From positions 8,073 through 72,072 of the forward strand of contig CAMAUI010000007.1 of assembly GCA_945861385.1 (NCBI GenBank): DNA of 64,000 bases, given 5' to 3'. Below, one piece after another: positions 9,500-19,357 of the stretch (positions within the stretch are counted from its first letter, which is position 1; the number at the start of each line of letters is the position of its first letter). Source of the DNA: Prosthecobacter debontii (GTDB lineage Bacteria; Verrucomicrobiota; Verrucomicrobiia; Chthoniobacterales; Chthoniobacteraceae). Both the position numbers and the translations under genes were made by a program. The notes below the pieces were generated by a model. The model was not told the origin of the DNA, did not search any database, and was given only the letters and a program-made list of their open reading frames with translations.

Positions 9500-10411
9500 T
9501 TACCAACTGAGCACGGAGCCGCAGTGTGGGCAAGGGCTGGAGCCGACGCCCACGGTGCCGGCGCAAACCGGGCAGTTTGCCATTGCCATGCCCGCCCTTG
9601 GGACGCCGGCCATGGCCATCGGGGCTGCCATCGGGACGGCGCCTGCAGCGGCAAAAGTTTCCCCGATGTGCATGCCGGCAAGCTCTTCGTAGGGAATGTC
9701 GCTGACGAGCGTGTTCACGATGTCATCGGCAAAGACGATCGAGGCCTGGGAGATATTGCGGAAAATGTAATACGCGACGAACGCAGGGATCGCGATGAAC
9801 AGGCCCGCTGCGGTGGCGAGGAGCACCTCGGAGATCTTCAGCGAGAGTTCCTTTGGATTGCTCATCCCGGTGGCGCCGAGGACGGCGAATGCGCCCATCA
9901 TGCCGATGACGGTTCCGAGTAGCCCGATCATCGGGCTGACGACGCCGATGACGGAGAGGTAACTGTTGCTGGTGCGGAGGAGGGTCGCTTCGCGGAGGCC
10001 GTGCTCGGAGAAAGCGGATTCCACGGCGTCCTTGCCGCGGCCGACGCGCCCGAGGCCGGCCTTGAGGACGTTGGCGAGGTAGTTTCTGTTCGCGTTGCAG
10101 GTCTCCCAAGCCTCCTGGTAATTGCCCGAATTGATCAACTGGCGAAGGCTGTCCACGAGCGGCGGCGGCGCGAGCTTGTCCTTTTTCAACTTGATCGCGA
10201 GTTGGATGATGATGGTGACCATGATGACCGAGGTCGCAAGGATGCAGACCCAGATGAACATGATCAGCGGGCCGCCCTGCGTGATCGTTTGAAGAACGGA
10301 ATGATTGCTCGCCCCGGGCGCCGCGTCCTGCGCTGACGAGGTGGCAGCGGCAATGAGTGAAAGAATGACTGGCAGAGCCTTTGATAGGTGACGCTGGTGG
10401 TGTTTGATCAT
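9500..10411 (-). CDS. MotA/TolQ/ExbB-family proton channel with a C-terminal zinc-ribbon-like extension
   Basis: 303 aa with signal peptide and TM helices. The conserved channel segment is SPMIGLLGTVIGMMGAFAVLG...LLATAAGLFIAIPAFVAYYIF. The C-terminal tail ends CPVCAGTVGVGSSPCPHCGSVLSW. Confidence 0.9.
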   Translation of the reverse strand: MIKHHQRHLSKALPVILSLIAAATSSAQDAAPGASNHSVLQTITQGGPLIMFIWVCILATSVIMVTIIIQLAIKLKKDKLAPPPLVDSLRQLINSGNYQEAWETCNANRNYLANVLKAGLGRVGRGKDAVESAFSEHGLREATLLRTSNSYLSVIGVVSPMIGLLGTVIGMMGAFAVLGATGMSNPKELSLKISEVLLATAAGLFIAIPAFVAYYIFRNISQASIVFADDIVNTLVSDIPYEELAGMHIGETFAAAGAVPMAAPMAMAGVPRAGMAMANCPVCAGTVGVGSSPCPHCGSVLSW

Positions 10412-10437
10412 GATTTTGAAATGGAAATCTGGCTTGG

Positions 10438-11235
10438 TCAGGGCGTGGTAACGCCTTTCTTCCGTAATTCGTCAATCCGCTTTTGTGCGTCGGCGACGAT
10501 TGCGGGTTCCTGGTAGAAGATGGCGACGGCGCGGCAGTAATGCTCCATTGCCTCCGGGAGTTTGTTCTCGTTTTCGGCGCACTGGCCCAGGACGAGGAAC
10601 GCCTGCCCGTAGGTCTGGCTGTCCGTGCGGGAGACGTTCTTTTTTTGCAAAGCACCCGAGGCGATGGGTTCCGCGATGCCCTTTGCCTTGTCAAACTGGC
10701 TGCGCCCGGCGGCAAGGCGGGCCTCGGCGACATTGGCCGCAGCAGAGGCGGTGGCGGCATACGCGGACTTGAATTCCCTGATCGCCATTTCGGCCTCCGT
10801 GAGTTTGCCGAGGGTGATGCAGATATTGCCGAGCATCGCGGCTGAATCCCGCGCCCATGTCGTTGGCAGGCCCCTGTATTTATCGGCGACTGTCCTGATG
10901 AGCGGGAGCGCCTGTTCGAGTTTGCCTTCCTCGACGAGCTTCAGCCCGCTCGTAAATTCCGCGGGCGCGGCTTTCAGGACTTCCTGCACCTGCGAGATGT
11001 CGTATCCCGCGTCGGAGGTTCCTTCGCGAACCATGATGCGTCCGCCGACCACGCCGGTGATGAGCACGCCGCTCTTGAACTGCGGCGGGGTGGTCCTGAG
11101 TGTGATGCTGTCCGGGCCGGGAGGAGTCTGCGCGAGCGCATCGGCCTGCATCGTGACAAGCGCGAATACGCCGCAGAATACGGCGGCAGCGGCAGAAAGG
11201 AGTTGCCGAAACAGGAAGTCGGGCGTTAGCGTCAT
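10438..11235 (-). CDS. secreted TPR-repeat protein (first gene of the ExbBD module)
   Basis: 265 aa with an N-terminal hydrophobic signal (AAAAVFCGVFALVTMQADALA). TPR-like helices run through the C-terminal half (e.g. AMEHYCRAVAIFYQEPAIVADAQKRIDEL). It sits 26 bp upstream of exbB. Confidence 0.75.
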   Translation of the reverse strand: MTLTPDFLFRQLLSAAAAVFCGVFALVTMQADALAQTPPGPDSITLRTTPPQFKSGVLITGVVGGRIMVREGTSDAGYDISQVQEVLKAAPAEFTSGLKLVEEGKLEQALPLIRTVADKYRGLPTTWARDSAAMLGNICITLGKLTEAEMAIREFKSAYAATASAAANVAEARLAAGRSQFDKAKGIAEPIASGALQKKNVSRTDSQTYGQAFLVLGQCAENENKLPEAMEHYCRAVAIFYQEPAIVADAQKRIDELRKKGVTTP

Positions 11236-11324
11236 TGGCTTTTCGTTTGGTTCAAGCGGGGCGGGAAGCTATGCGACCTCGCGGAAACAACGCAACTAGG
11301 AATCACAATTCTCACGACAAAATC

Positions 11325-12839
11325 ATGATCAACGTACTCCGCCGATTCAGCCAGCCGCTCATGGTCCTCATCACGGTGGTGGTCATCATCACGTTTGCAT
11401 GGTGGGGGCCCTCGCTCGGCGACGTGGGACGCAGCCGGGATGCGGTCATGACTGCATTTGGGAAAGCCTACAACCTGGAGGATGTGCAGCGCATCCAAGG
11501 CCGGTTGCTCGTTCACATGAGACTTCAGGGGGCGTACATCAATATCGTCGAGCCGGGCTGGTTTCGTTCGGGATCTGTGACCGATAGCGGGGTGAGGAAC
11601 GCGATCGTGCTCGACCATGAAGCCGAGGCGCTGGGCTTGTCCGCGACGGAAGAGGAGGCGGCGACGATGATGAAGACGATGCCTGCGTTCATGGACAGGG
11701 AGGGTGGTTTCGATCCTGCGAAAGTGGACGCATTCATCAAGACTGCGATGGGGCCGCAGGGTTATACCGCGAGCCAATTGTTCGAATTCATGGAGCGCGA
11801 GGTGCGCGTGAAAAAGATGCAGGCCTTGATCGGTGCCACCGTCGCGGTGACGCCGGATGAGGTGCGCGATCTGTTCTTCTCGTCCCGCTTGAAAACGGAG
11901 GCTTCGTACGTCGCGTTTTCCGCGCTCGAATTCGTCAAGGACGTCAAGGTGACGGAGGAGGAAACCAAGAAGCGATACGAGGACCAGAAGGACGTGTTCT
12001 TCAAAACCGATGAAACGCGCACGGTGCGCTTCGCGTCGTTCATGCTCCCGAGCCCGGCAGACGGGAAGCCGTTGGAGACGGAGAAACGGACGGAGCTTTT
12101 GCAGGCGCTCGTGCAGAAGGCGTATGACCTCGCAGGAAAGCTTGCGGCGCCAGGCGAGAATTTCGACGAGCTTGCGAAGGCGGCCGGGGCGACGCTCGGC
12201 GAGACGAAGGAGCACTTTGAAATTTCTGATGAGCCGGAGGAACTGGAGGGCTCGCCCGATGCGGTGAACATTGCCTTTCAGCTCACCAAGGAAAAGCCAT
12301 TCAGCAAGCATGTGATTCTCCAGAAGGGCGCGTACGTCATGATGCTCAAGGAGATCAAGGCCCCGGTGACGAAGCCCTTCGAGAGTGTGAAACCCGAGAT
12401 CGAGGCGACTTTGAAGATGGAGAAGGCCGCTGAACTCGCCAGGGCAAAGGCAGCCGAGATGCTCCCGAAAATCGCCGAAGGCAAAAAAGCCGGGAAAGGT
12501 TTCCACGAAACTGCTGAGAGCCTGAAATTGAAGCCGGTTGCGTTTCCCGCTTTCACACGCCCGCAGGCGCTGTCGCCCCGCCCGCCCTTCGCCAATGAGG
12601 TCACCGAGGCGACGAGGAAACTCGCGCCCGGCGACTTGAGCGAAGTGATCCGCACGGAAAAAGGCGGCATCATTGTACACCTCGACCAGCGCCCGGCGGT
12701 GGATGAGAAGGGCATTGCTGATGCGAAGGCCTCCGCCACGGAGGAGATTCGCCGGAAGCGTGAATACTTCCTTTTCAATGGCTGGCTTACTGAGCGGAGG
12801 GCGGCTGCCGGGCTTGCCCCAGTGATGAGCGAAGGCTGA
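11325..12839 (+). CDS. PpiD/SurA-like periplasmic chaperone (peptidyl-prolyl isomerase family)
   Basis: Frame of ORF 11235..12839. The start is chosen at MINVLRRFSQPLMVLITVVVIITFAWWG (N-terminal anchor typical of PpiD). There is a rotamase-like segment GDLSEVIRTEKGGIIVHLDQR near the C-terminus. Confidence 0.8.
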   Translation: MINVLRRFSQPLMVLITVVVIITFAWWGPSLGDVGRSRDAVMTAFGKAYNLEDVQRIQGRLLVHMRLQGAYINIVEPGWFRSGSVTDSGVRNAIVLDHEAEALGLSATEEEAATMMKTMPAFMDREGGFDPAKVDAFIKTAMGPQGYTASQLFEFMEREVRVKKMQALIGATVAVTPDEVRDLFFSSRLKTEASYVAFSALEFVKDVKVTEEETKKRYEDQKDVFFKTDETRTVRFASFMLPSPADGKPLETEKRTELLQALVQKAYDLAGKLAAPGENFDELAKAAGATLGETKEHFEISDEPEELEGSPDAVNIAFQLTKEKPFSKHVILQKGAYVMMLKEIKAPVTKPFESVKPEIEATLKMEKAAELARAKAAEMLPKIAEGKKAGKGFHETAESLKLKPVAFPAFTRPQALSPRPPFANEVTEATRKLAPGDLSEVIRTEKGGIIVHLDQRPAVDEKGIADAKASATEEIRRKREYFLFNGWLTERRAAAGLAPVMSEG

Positions 12840-12858
12840 CACCCCTCCGCCCGCGCCG

Positions 12859-13209
12859 ATGAATCCCGAAATCGAGGCGCTGTTCGACGATGCCAACGGG
12901 GATCTTGCGCTGGGTGAACTGGACGGAGCGGTGGAGAAATACCGCCGCTGTACGGAACTGGATCCCGCCTTCGCCGACGCGTGGCATGCGCTCGCGATGG
13001 CGCTGATGAAAACAGGACGGTTCGAAGCCGCGATCGAAGCCGCGGTAAGGAACACTGAACTCCGCCCAAACGACCAGCTCGCATGGAGTAGCCTCAGCAT
13101 CTGCCACGTGAAAAACGGGCAGATCAAGGAGGCCGAGGCGGCCGGCGCAAAGGCCCGCATCCTTGGTTGGGGCGGCAAAATTCGGAAAGATGCACCGCCG
13201 GAGCCGTGA
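12859..13209 (+). CDS. small TPR-repeat protein
   Basis: 116 aa containing GELDGAVEKYRRCTELDPAFADAWHALAMALMKTGRFEAAIEAAVRNTELRPND, which is canonical TPR spacing. Confidence 0.7.
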   Translation: MNPEIEALFDDANGDLALGELDGAVEKYRRCTELDPAFADAWHALAMALMKTGRFEAAIEAAVRNTELRPNDQLAWSSLSICHVKNGQIKEAEAAGAKARILGWGGKIRKDAPPEP

Positions 13210-13255
13210 GTATTCTTCCATTGCCCGCCGCTTTCCAGCATGCAACGGTGCTTTC

Positions 13256-14068
13256 ATGACCGACGGAAAAATCCGCATAGTGGCTGCCATCGCGCTCACC
13301 GGTCTCAGCGTGTTCGCGCAGGCCGCGCCGAAAGAGGCAGACGACGCTGTGGCCAAGGAGCAAGTCGTGAGCGGCTCGATCAGCGGGTCAAACAAGTCCG
13401 CCGGAATCCCAAGGCGCACCGTGGCGGGGGTGAAACAAGTGGTTCCCTCAGTCGCCTACCCGAAGGTATATCGTTTCCTGGTCATCGAAGCGATGAAGAG
13501 CTTTCAGGCCCGCGATTTTCGGGGGGCAATTGCATTCGCGGACAAGGCGGACGCCATTCTGCCACCCACCACCTACACGCTGAACGTCCGGGGTGCCGTG
13601 GCGATCGAACAACTGAGATTCGAGGAAGGCAAAGACTTCTGCATGCGGGCACTGAAACTCGACGAGGATTTTTTCCCGGCGCGCTTCAACCTTTGCGAGA
13701 TCCCCTTCAACCAGCGCGACTACAAGCTCGCGCGTTCAGGTTTCATGGTTTTGTACAACGAGACCGACAGGGACGACCCGACCATCGAGCTGATCGTTTA
13801 CCGGATCTTCCTGACCTATCTGCTCGATGGCGACATCATCCACGCGCATGACTGGCTGGAAAAAATTCCCTTTCCATCGCAGACGCCCGCCTACCAGTAC
13901 GCGAACGCCGCGTTGGATCGGAAGGACGGGAGGATCGCGGAGTGGCGCGAATGGCTCCAGAGCGCTGAGTTCATCTGGCCGGAGATCAAAAGGGTCAATT
14001 TCGCTGATGTGCTCATCCATCTTGGATGGCTCAAGGATGACCTTGCCCCAAACGACGACGGCAGGTAG
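13256..14068 (+). CDS. secreted TPR-like repeat protein
   Basis: Frame of ORF 13163..14068. The start is chosen at MTDGKIRIVAAIALTGLSVFAQA (signal peptide). TPR-like helices include FRGAIAFADKADAILPPTTYTLNVRGAVAIEQLRFEEGKDFCMRALKLDEDFFPARFNL. Confidence 0.65.
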   Translation: MTDGKIRIVAAIALTGLSVFAQAAPKEADDAVAKEQVVSGSISGSNKSAGIPRRTVAGVKQVVPSVAYPKVYRFLVIEAMKSFQARDFRGAIAFADKADAILPPTTYTLNVRGAVAIEQLRFEEGKDFCMRALKLDEDFFPARFNLCEIPFNQRDYKLARSGFMVLYNETDRDDPTIELIVYRIFLTYLLDGDIIHAHDWLEKIPFPSQTPAYQYANAALDRKDGRIAEWREWLQSAEFIWPEIKRVNFADVLIHLGWLKDDLAPNDDGR

Positions 14069-14085
14069 CGCCCTGCCGCCAAGGC

Positions 14086-14484
14086 TCACGCCGCGTGGCC
14101 GGCTTTTTCCTCCTCCGATTGCGGCGTGTGGTTAAGCACCCGCATGAGGGCGGAGTAAATTTCTGACGGCCCCAGCCCTTTGCTCACGTAGCCGTTGGCG
14201 CCGGCTTTTCGCACGGCCTGCATCGCCTCCTCGTCGTAGCCGAGTCCCGTGAACATCACGATCGGCAGCCGCGCGAACTTCTCGCGGATCATCGAGATCA
14301 GCGTGATCCCGTCAATCTTCGGCATCCCGATGTCGAGGATGATTGCGTCGCACGGATTCAGGTCGAGCCAGCTCACAACCTTCGAACTGTCCGTGAGCGA
14401 GGCGCTGTTGTGGCCCTTGCTGCGCAGATAGGTCGTGAGGAAGCGATTGAGGAGGCGGTTATCGTCAACTACGAGGAAGTTCAT
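14086..14484 (-). CDS. stand-alone response regulator receiver (CheY-like)
   Basis: 132 aa beginning MNFLVVDDNRLLNRF. The phospho-acceptor context is CDAIILDIGMPKIDG, with a conserved K in YVSKGL. There is no output domain. Confidence 0.9.
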   Translation of the reverse strand: MNFLVVDDNRLLNRFLTTYLRSKGHNSASLTDSSKVVSWLDLNPCDAIILDIGMPKIDGITLISMIREKFARLPIVMFTGLGYDEEAMQAVRKAGANGYVSKGLGPSEIYSALMRVLNHTPQSEEEKAGHAA

Positions 14485-14618
14485 TTAGGATATTGGGCTA
14501 TGGTCTCCGCCTGAGACTAGCACTGCCCATGCCATCGCGGGGGAGGCGGGGCCCGGCATCCCGCCACCTCTGGAAAAACCCTCTCGCCCAATCTGGAACC
14601 GATGCCACCATCCCGCCC

Positions 14619-14981
14619 GTGCCAATCCGAACCGCAGTAATCGCAGCCCTGTCAGCCGCGCTGGTGCTTTCCGCCTGTTCGGCATTCCGCAAGCGTGTGC
14701 CGCGCGCGGTGCCGGTGCGGTTCCCGAAGGCCGGTGAATCTCCCGATCCAAAGCGGGACGTGCGGAAAGTCGGCACGGTGCTGATGGTGAATGCGGAGGG
14801 AAAATTTGTGCTCATTGAGACAGACGCCCTCGGAACACCGCCGCGGGGCACTGCGCTGAAAACCCTGCGCGCAGGGGCCGAGACCGCCGTGCTCACTGTC
14901 GGCAGTGAGCGGAGGGGATCGGTGATCACCGCGGACATCGTGACCGGCTCGCCGGAGCCCGGCGATGATGTGATGCAGTGA
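14619..14981 (+). CDS. putative lipoprotein, function unknown
   Basis: Frame of ORF 14493..14981. An in-frame GTG at 14619 gives (M)PIRTAVIAALSAALVLSAC with an L-S-A-C lipobox. The start is uncertain. Confidence 0.5.
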   Translation: MPIRTAVIAALSAALVLSACSAFRKRVPRAVPVRFPKAGESPDPKRDVRKVGTVLMVNAEGKFVLIETDALGTPPRGTALKTLRAGAETAVLTVGSERRGSVITADIVTGSPEPGDDVMQ

Positions 14982-14984
14982 GCG

Positions 14985-17297
14985 CTACTTTTTCACCGTG
15001 GATGCGACGCCCTGTTGCGCCGTCACCGGCATCGCGAGCAGGCGTTTGCTCTCGCCAAGCAGCCAGGTGAGCTCACCGAACGGCTTGAATGAAACATCCT
15101 GCCAGCGCACGTAGCCGGCGCCATCTATGAGAAACATTCCGTGCAGCGGCTGGTTCTCGAAATCGTCGAACGCCCGGTACGCCTTGAACACCGCCAGCGC
15201 CGGATCTGCGACGATTGGGAAGTGGAAGCCAGCCGCGTCTTTCGCCTGCACGAAGGTCTTGTTCAGGTCCTCCGCATCGTCCGCGCTGACGGCGATGATA
15301 TTGATCCCGGCCGCCCCGTAATCCTTCGCGAGAGGGGCGAGCAAGTTGAGCTGCTCGATGCAATGCGAGCAGCCGCTGCCGAGGTAGAACACAATCATCA
15401 GCGGCTTCCCGCTGTGTTCCGCGAGCGAGTGCAGCTTTTTGTTTTGATCCAGCGCCTCCCAGGCTGGCGCCTGGTATGGCTGCCAGCGGAAAGGGCCGAG
15501 CTTTGCGAGTTCCGGGCGCGTGCCTGTGTCCGCGGGCCAGTCCAGTCTCGGGCGCCAGTCCGCGGGAAGCGCCAGCGCATCCGCGACCGGCCTCAGCCGC
15601 GAAAACGCCACCTCGCCAATGTCCGCCTGCGCGCACAGCGGGCGGAGCAGTGCGAAGGTTTTTTTCGCATCCTCCTGCTTCCCGTCGCGCCATTGGATGT
15701 CCGCGAGATTTGCGAGCGGGAGCACCTGTCCCTCGCCCTCCTTCACTGCGCGCCCGGCAAGTTCGAGCGCCTTTTTTGAGTCTCCCGCCTTGAGGTAAAT
15801 GCGCGAGCGGCGCGTGATCTCGATGCTGCCCGACTTGTCGAGGAGCGGCTTGAGTTCCACGAGGGTTTTTTCCTCCGCGATCGCCTGGTAGAGCTGCACC
15901 ACCGCGAGCACCTCCTCCAATTTTCCAATGCTCCCATCCGCCTTCTTGGATGCCTCGGCACCCGCCGCCGCGGCCTGCTCCTTCGTCTTTCCCGCCTTTT
16001 TGGCCTCATTTTCCGCGGCCTCCCCGTCGGCACGGCGTTTTTCCTTCGCCGTCCTGATGAGGTATTCGACCGCTGCGACCTTCTCATCACCCTTCGGCTT
16101 GTTCCCTGTGCTGAACGACGCCACCGCCAGCGCCGACAGACGCTTCGCGTCGTCCACCGGGTCGTCGCTCCGTTCGAGATACTGCGTTTCGTCGAGTGCC
16201 AGAATTTCATCCCAATGCTCCCACGCCAGCAGTGCCGCTCGCAGACGGCTCGCGCCCATTTGGGAACCGTTCTTCCCCTTGTCGCCGCCCGCTGCCTTGC
16301 GGGCGGGACGCGGCAGCTCGATCATGTTCTTCGCGAGATCCAGCGCATCACGCACGCGGCCGATGAATCCGAGATTCTCCACCAGCCAGTCATTGTTGTG
16401 CGCGTAATTGTGAATCTGCTCCGGCAGAATCCTCGCCAGCGCCATGTGCGCGTGATCCGTCCGCGCGCTTGCCTCCTGCTGCCAGGCCGAATCCGCATAG
16501 CGGCGCAACTTCGTAAATGTGTGCCCCGGCATGTGCCACATGTGGGCGATGCCCGGAGCGCTCTGTCCCAGCACTCCCGCGCTCTTCAAAGCCCGCCGGT
16601 CGTCCTCGTGATTCCACAGGTGGATCAGGTAATGATGGACACCGGGATGGCGCGGATTTTTTTCCAGCACGAGCCGGCCCAGCGCGTCCAGCACCGTGTG
16701 GCTGTTGAGCGGGATGCCCTTTTGCGAATTGTCCCAAAGCTGAAACATCAAAAACGCCTTCGCCTCCGCATCATCCGGATACTCGAACACCAGTCGTTCC
16801 AGCGCCTTCACCAGCGCCTTCCGGCTGTCGGCCGACGGAGCCTTTCCGTCCTTGAAAAACGCCTCGTACGCTTCAATCCATGCCCGCTCATTCGCGCCCG
16901 CCTTCTCCTTTCGCTTCCCCGCCTCCTTGATGAATTCCCCGGCGCGCTTCCCATTGTTCACATTCGCCATCGCGAGCCCCCAGTAGGCCATCGCACAGTC
17001 CCCATCCAGCTTCACCGCCTGCCGGAACGACCGCTCTGCCTCATAGTACCAAAACCCGTGCAACTGGGCCACGCCCTGGTCGAAAAACCGCTGCGCCTCC
17101 GGGTTCTTCGTCGTCACGGCGAAATGCACTTCGCCCATCCCCGGCAGCAACACAGCCGCCTGCCGTGGCCCCTCGTCAAACGCATCCCCGTGCGAACTGT
17201 GCCCGAACAGCGGCTTCCCGTCCGCCCCGGTCGGGACATCATCGGCAAGCGCGACCGGGGCGCAGGAAAGGACGAGAGCGAAAATGAAGCGATTCAT
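14985..17297 (-). CDS. secreted TPR-repeat protein fused to a C-terminal thioredoxin-fold (AhpC/TSA/redoxin-like) domain
   Basis: Frame of ORF 14985..17447. The start is chosen at MNRFIFALVLSCAPVALA (complement of 17295-17297). TPR-like helices occupy the N-terminal half. The C-terminal part is SGKPLMIVFYLGSGCSHCIEQLNLL (a CxxC redox motif in a thioredoxin fold). Confidence 0.85.
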   Translation of the reverse strand: MNRFIFALVLSCAPVALADDVPTGADGKPLFGHSSHGDAFDEGPRQAAVLLPGMGEVHFAVTTKNPEAQRFFDQGVAQLHGFWYYEAERSFRQAVKLDGDCAMAYWGLAMANVNNGKRAGEFIKEAGKRKEKAGANERAWIEAYEAFFKDGKAPSADSRKALVKALERLVFEYPDDAEAKAFLMFQLWDNSQKGIPLNSHTVLDALGRLVLEKNPRHPGVHHYLIHLWNHEDDRRALKSAGVLGQSAPGIAHMWHMPGHTFTKLRRYADSAWQQEASARTDHAHMALARILPEQIHNYAHNNDWLVENLGFIGRVRDALDLAKNMIELPRPARKAAGGDKGKNGSQMGASRLRAALLAWEHWDEILALDETQYLERSDDPVDDAKRLSALAVASFSTGNKPKGDEKVAAVEYLIRTAKEKRRADGEAAENEAKKAGKTKEQAAAAGAEASKKADGSIGKLEEVLAVVQLYQAIAEEKTLVELKPLLDKSGSIEITRRSRIYLKAGDSKKALELAGRAVKEGEGQVLPLANLADIQWRDGKQEDAKKTFALLRPLCAQADIGEVAFSRLRPVADALALPADWRPRLDWPADTGTRPELAKLGPFRWQPYQAPAWEALDQNKKLHSLAEHSGKPLMIVFYLGSGCSHCIEQLNLLAPLAKDYGAAGINIIAVSADDAEDLNKTFVQAKDAAGFHFPIVADPALAVFKAYRAFDDFENQPLHGMFLIDGAGYVRWQDVSFKPFGELTWLLGESKRLLAMPVTAQQGVASTVKK

Positions 17298-17443
17298 TTG
17301 GAAAGTCCGTGAGACAACCGCCGAAAGGCGATTGTGCAAGCGGGGAAGTTTGAGGAATGCCCCGCATCCGACGAAACCAAGGGGCTGCCGGTCAGCCCGG
17401 CAGCGACGGACATCAGGTTCACAGCATGCCGGGACACGCGGGT

Positions 17444-19327
17444 TCATTTTGCATCCGCAAGCTTGCGGAGGGCCTCGAGTTCATCCCAGCGCGCATACAA
17501 CGCGGCGACACGCGCGCGGGCGGCGTCGTGTTTTGCCTCAAATTCCGGGAACTCTTTGGCGCGGGTGAAGTAGAATTGCGGGTCGTTGAGCAGTGCTTCG
17601 AGTTTGGCGGCTTCAGCTTCTGCGGTTTCGATTTCGGCTTCGATCCCCTCCAGTTCGCGCTGTTCCTTGTAGCTGAGTTTGCGTGCGCGGATCTTTTCCG
17701 GTGGAGCAGGGCTGGGTTTCACGGATGCAGGGGAGGGGATGGCGGTCCGCTTTTCGATGTAGCGATCGTAGTCGCCGACGTGGAAGTCCACGCGGCCATT
17801 GTCTTCAAACGCGAGGATGTGCGTGCAGATACGGTTGAGGAACCAGCGGTCGTGGGAGACGGCGAGGACGCAGCCGGCGAACTCGGCGAGGCCTTCCTCC
17901 AGAAGCTGGAGGGTGGACAGGTCAAGATCGTTGGTGGGTTCGTCGAGGATGATGAGGTTGCCGCCGCGGAGAAGAATCCGGGCGAGGGTGAGGCGGGAGC
18001 GTTCGCCACCGCTGAGGTTGCCGACTTTTGAATTGATCGCCTCGTCGGTGAAAAGAAAGCGGCGGAGGTAGGTGCGGACGTGGAGGCGTTCCTCGCCGAG
18101 CACGATCCAGTCGTTTTTGCCGGCGACGGCGGTGAGGACGGTGTCGTCGTTGTTGAGGACCTCGCGGTTTTGATCCACGTAGTTGATGACGGTGCGGACG
18201 CCCACGTCCACCTCCCCCCATGCCGGCTGCTGTTCGCGGAGGATGATGCGGAGGAGGGTGGTTTTGCCGACACCATTGCGCCCGACGATCCCGATGCGAG
18301 CGCCGGCCGGGACTTCCAGCCAGAGGTGGTCGAACAGCGTGCGGTCACCGGCCTTTGCGCCGATGCCGCGAAGCTCGAGGATTTTGTTGCCGAGCTTGGG
18401 TGGTGGGGGAATGACGAGATCCACGTCCTCCTCGCGGTCGGGGCCATCCTGCGCGGCGAGTTCGTGGTAGCGCGCGATGCGGTCCACGCTTTTGGTGCGG
18501 CGGGCGCTGGGGCCTTTGCGCACCCATTCGAGCTCGTGCGCGAGGAATTTCTGGCGGCGGCGCTCCTGGGTTTCGTCGGTGGCTTCGCGTTCGGCCTTGG
18601 CGGCGAGGTATTGCTGGTAATTGCCGGGGTGTGAAAAGAAGCGGCCGCTTTTCAGCTCGACGATGCGCGTGGCCACGCGGGCGAGGAAGAAACGGTCGTG
18701 GGTGACGAAAAGGCAGGTGCCCGCGTAGGAGCGGAGAAAGTCTTCGAGCCACTCGACGCTTTGCGTGTCGAGATGGTTGGTCGGCTCGTCGAGGATGAGG
18801 AGGTCGGGCTGCGCGATGAGTGCGCGGCAGAGGGCCACGCGGCGCTTTTCTCCGCCGCTGAGCTCCCCGGCGATGCGCTCGGGTGCAGGCGCGTGGAGAT
18901 TCGTGATGAGGCTTTTCAGGCGCGAATCGAGGTTCCAGCCATCGTGGCGGGAAATTTCGTCGAGCAGGTCGGCCGAGCGCGCGGATTCGGCCGGGACGCG
19001 TTCGTACTCGGCAAGGAAATCGAGCACATGCTGCGCGCCCTGGAGGATGTTCGCCTCGACGGTCGCCGCGGGATCAATGGCGAAAGCCTGCGGCAGCCAG
19101 CCCACAAGCGCGTTGCGTCGCGAGGTGACATCCCCGGCGTCCGGCTCCAGGTCCCCGGCGGCGATGCGGAGGAAGGTGGATTTTCCGCAGCCATTGCGGC
19201 CGACAAGCCCGACGCGCTCACCTTCATGCAGCGCCAGCGTCGCGGCATCGAGCAGCGTCTGCGCGCCGTAGCGCACGGTGAGGCTGTTCGCGCTGAATAC
19301 TGGTGTCGGGCTTGCCGGTGATGCCAT
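17444..19327 (-). CDS. ABC-F family ATPase (Uup/EttA-like, two ABC domains, no TM domain)
   Basis: 627 aa with two Walker A motifs (GRNGCGKST and GRNGVGKTT) and two ABC signatures (LSGGEKRRV and LSGGERSRL). It has a C-terminal coiled-coil tail. Confidence 0.93.
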   Translation of the reverse strand: MASPASPTPVFSANSLTVRYGAQTLLDAATLALHEGERVGLVGRNGCGKSTFLRIAAGDLEPDAGDVTSRRNALVGWLPQAFAIDPAATVEANILQGAQHVLDFLAEYERVPAESARSADLLDEISRHDGWNLDSRLKSLITNLHAPAPERIAGELSGGEKRRVALCRALIAQPDLLILDEPTNHLDTQSVEWLEDFLRSYAGTCLFVTHDRFFLARVATRIVELKSGRFFSHPGNYQQYLAAKAEREATDETQERRRQKFLAHELEWVRKGPSARRTKSVDRIARYHELAAQDGPDREEDVDLVIPPPPKLGNKILELRGIGAKAGDRTLFDHLWLEVPAGARIGIVGRNGVGKTTLLRIILREQQPAWGEVDVGVRTVINYVDQNREVLNNDDTVLTAVAGKNDWIVLGEERLHVRTYLRRFLFTDEAINSKVGNLSGGERSRLTLARILLRGGNLIILDEPTNDLDLSTLQLLEEGLAEFAGCVLAVSHDRWFLNRICTHILAFEDNGRVDFHVGDYDRYIEKRTAIPSPASVKPSPAPPEKIRARKLSYKEQRELEGIEAEIETAEAEAAKLEALLNDPQFYFTRAKEFPEFEAKHDAARARVAALYARWDELEALRKLADAK

Positions 19328-19357
19328 TCACGCATCCAAGCGTGTTGTGGCGGCAAC

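Noticed and set aside
11232-13241. 669-aa minus-strand ORF across the PpiD-like and TPR genes
   Set aside because: Its composition is Arg/His/Leu-rich with no motifs. The plus-strand frames give recognisable PpiD-like and TPR proteins.
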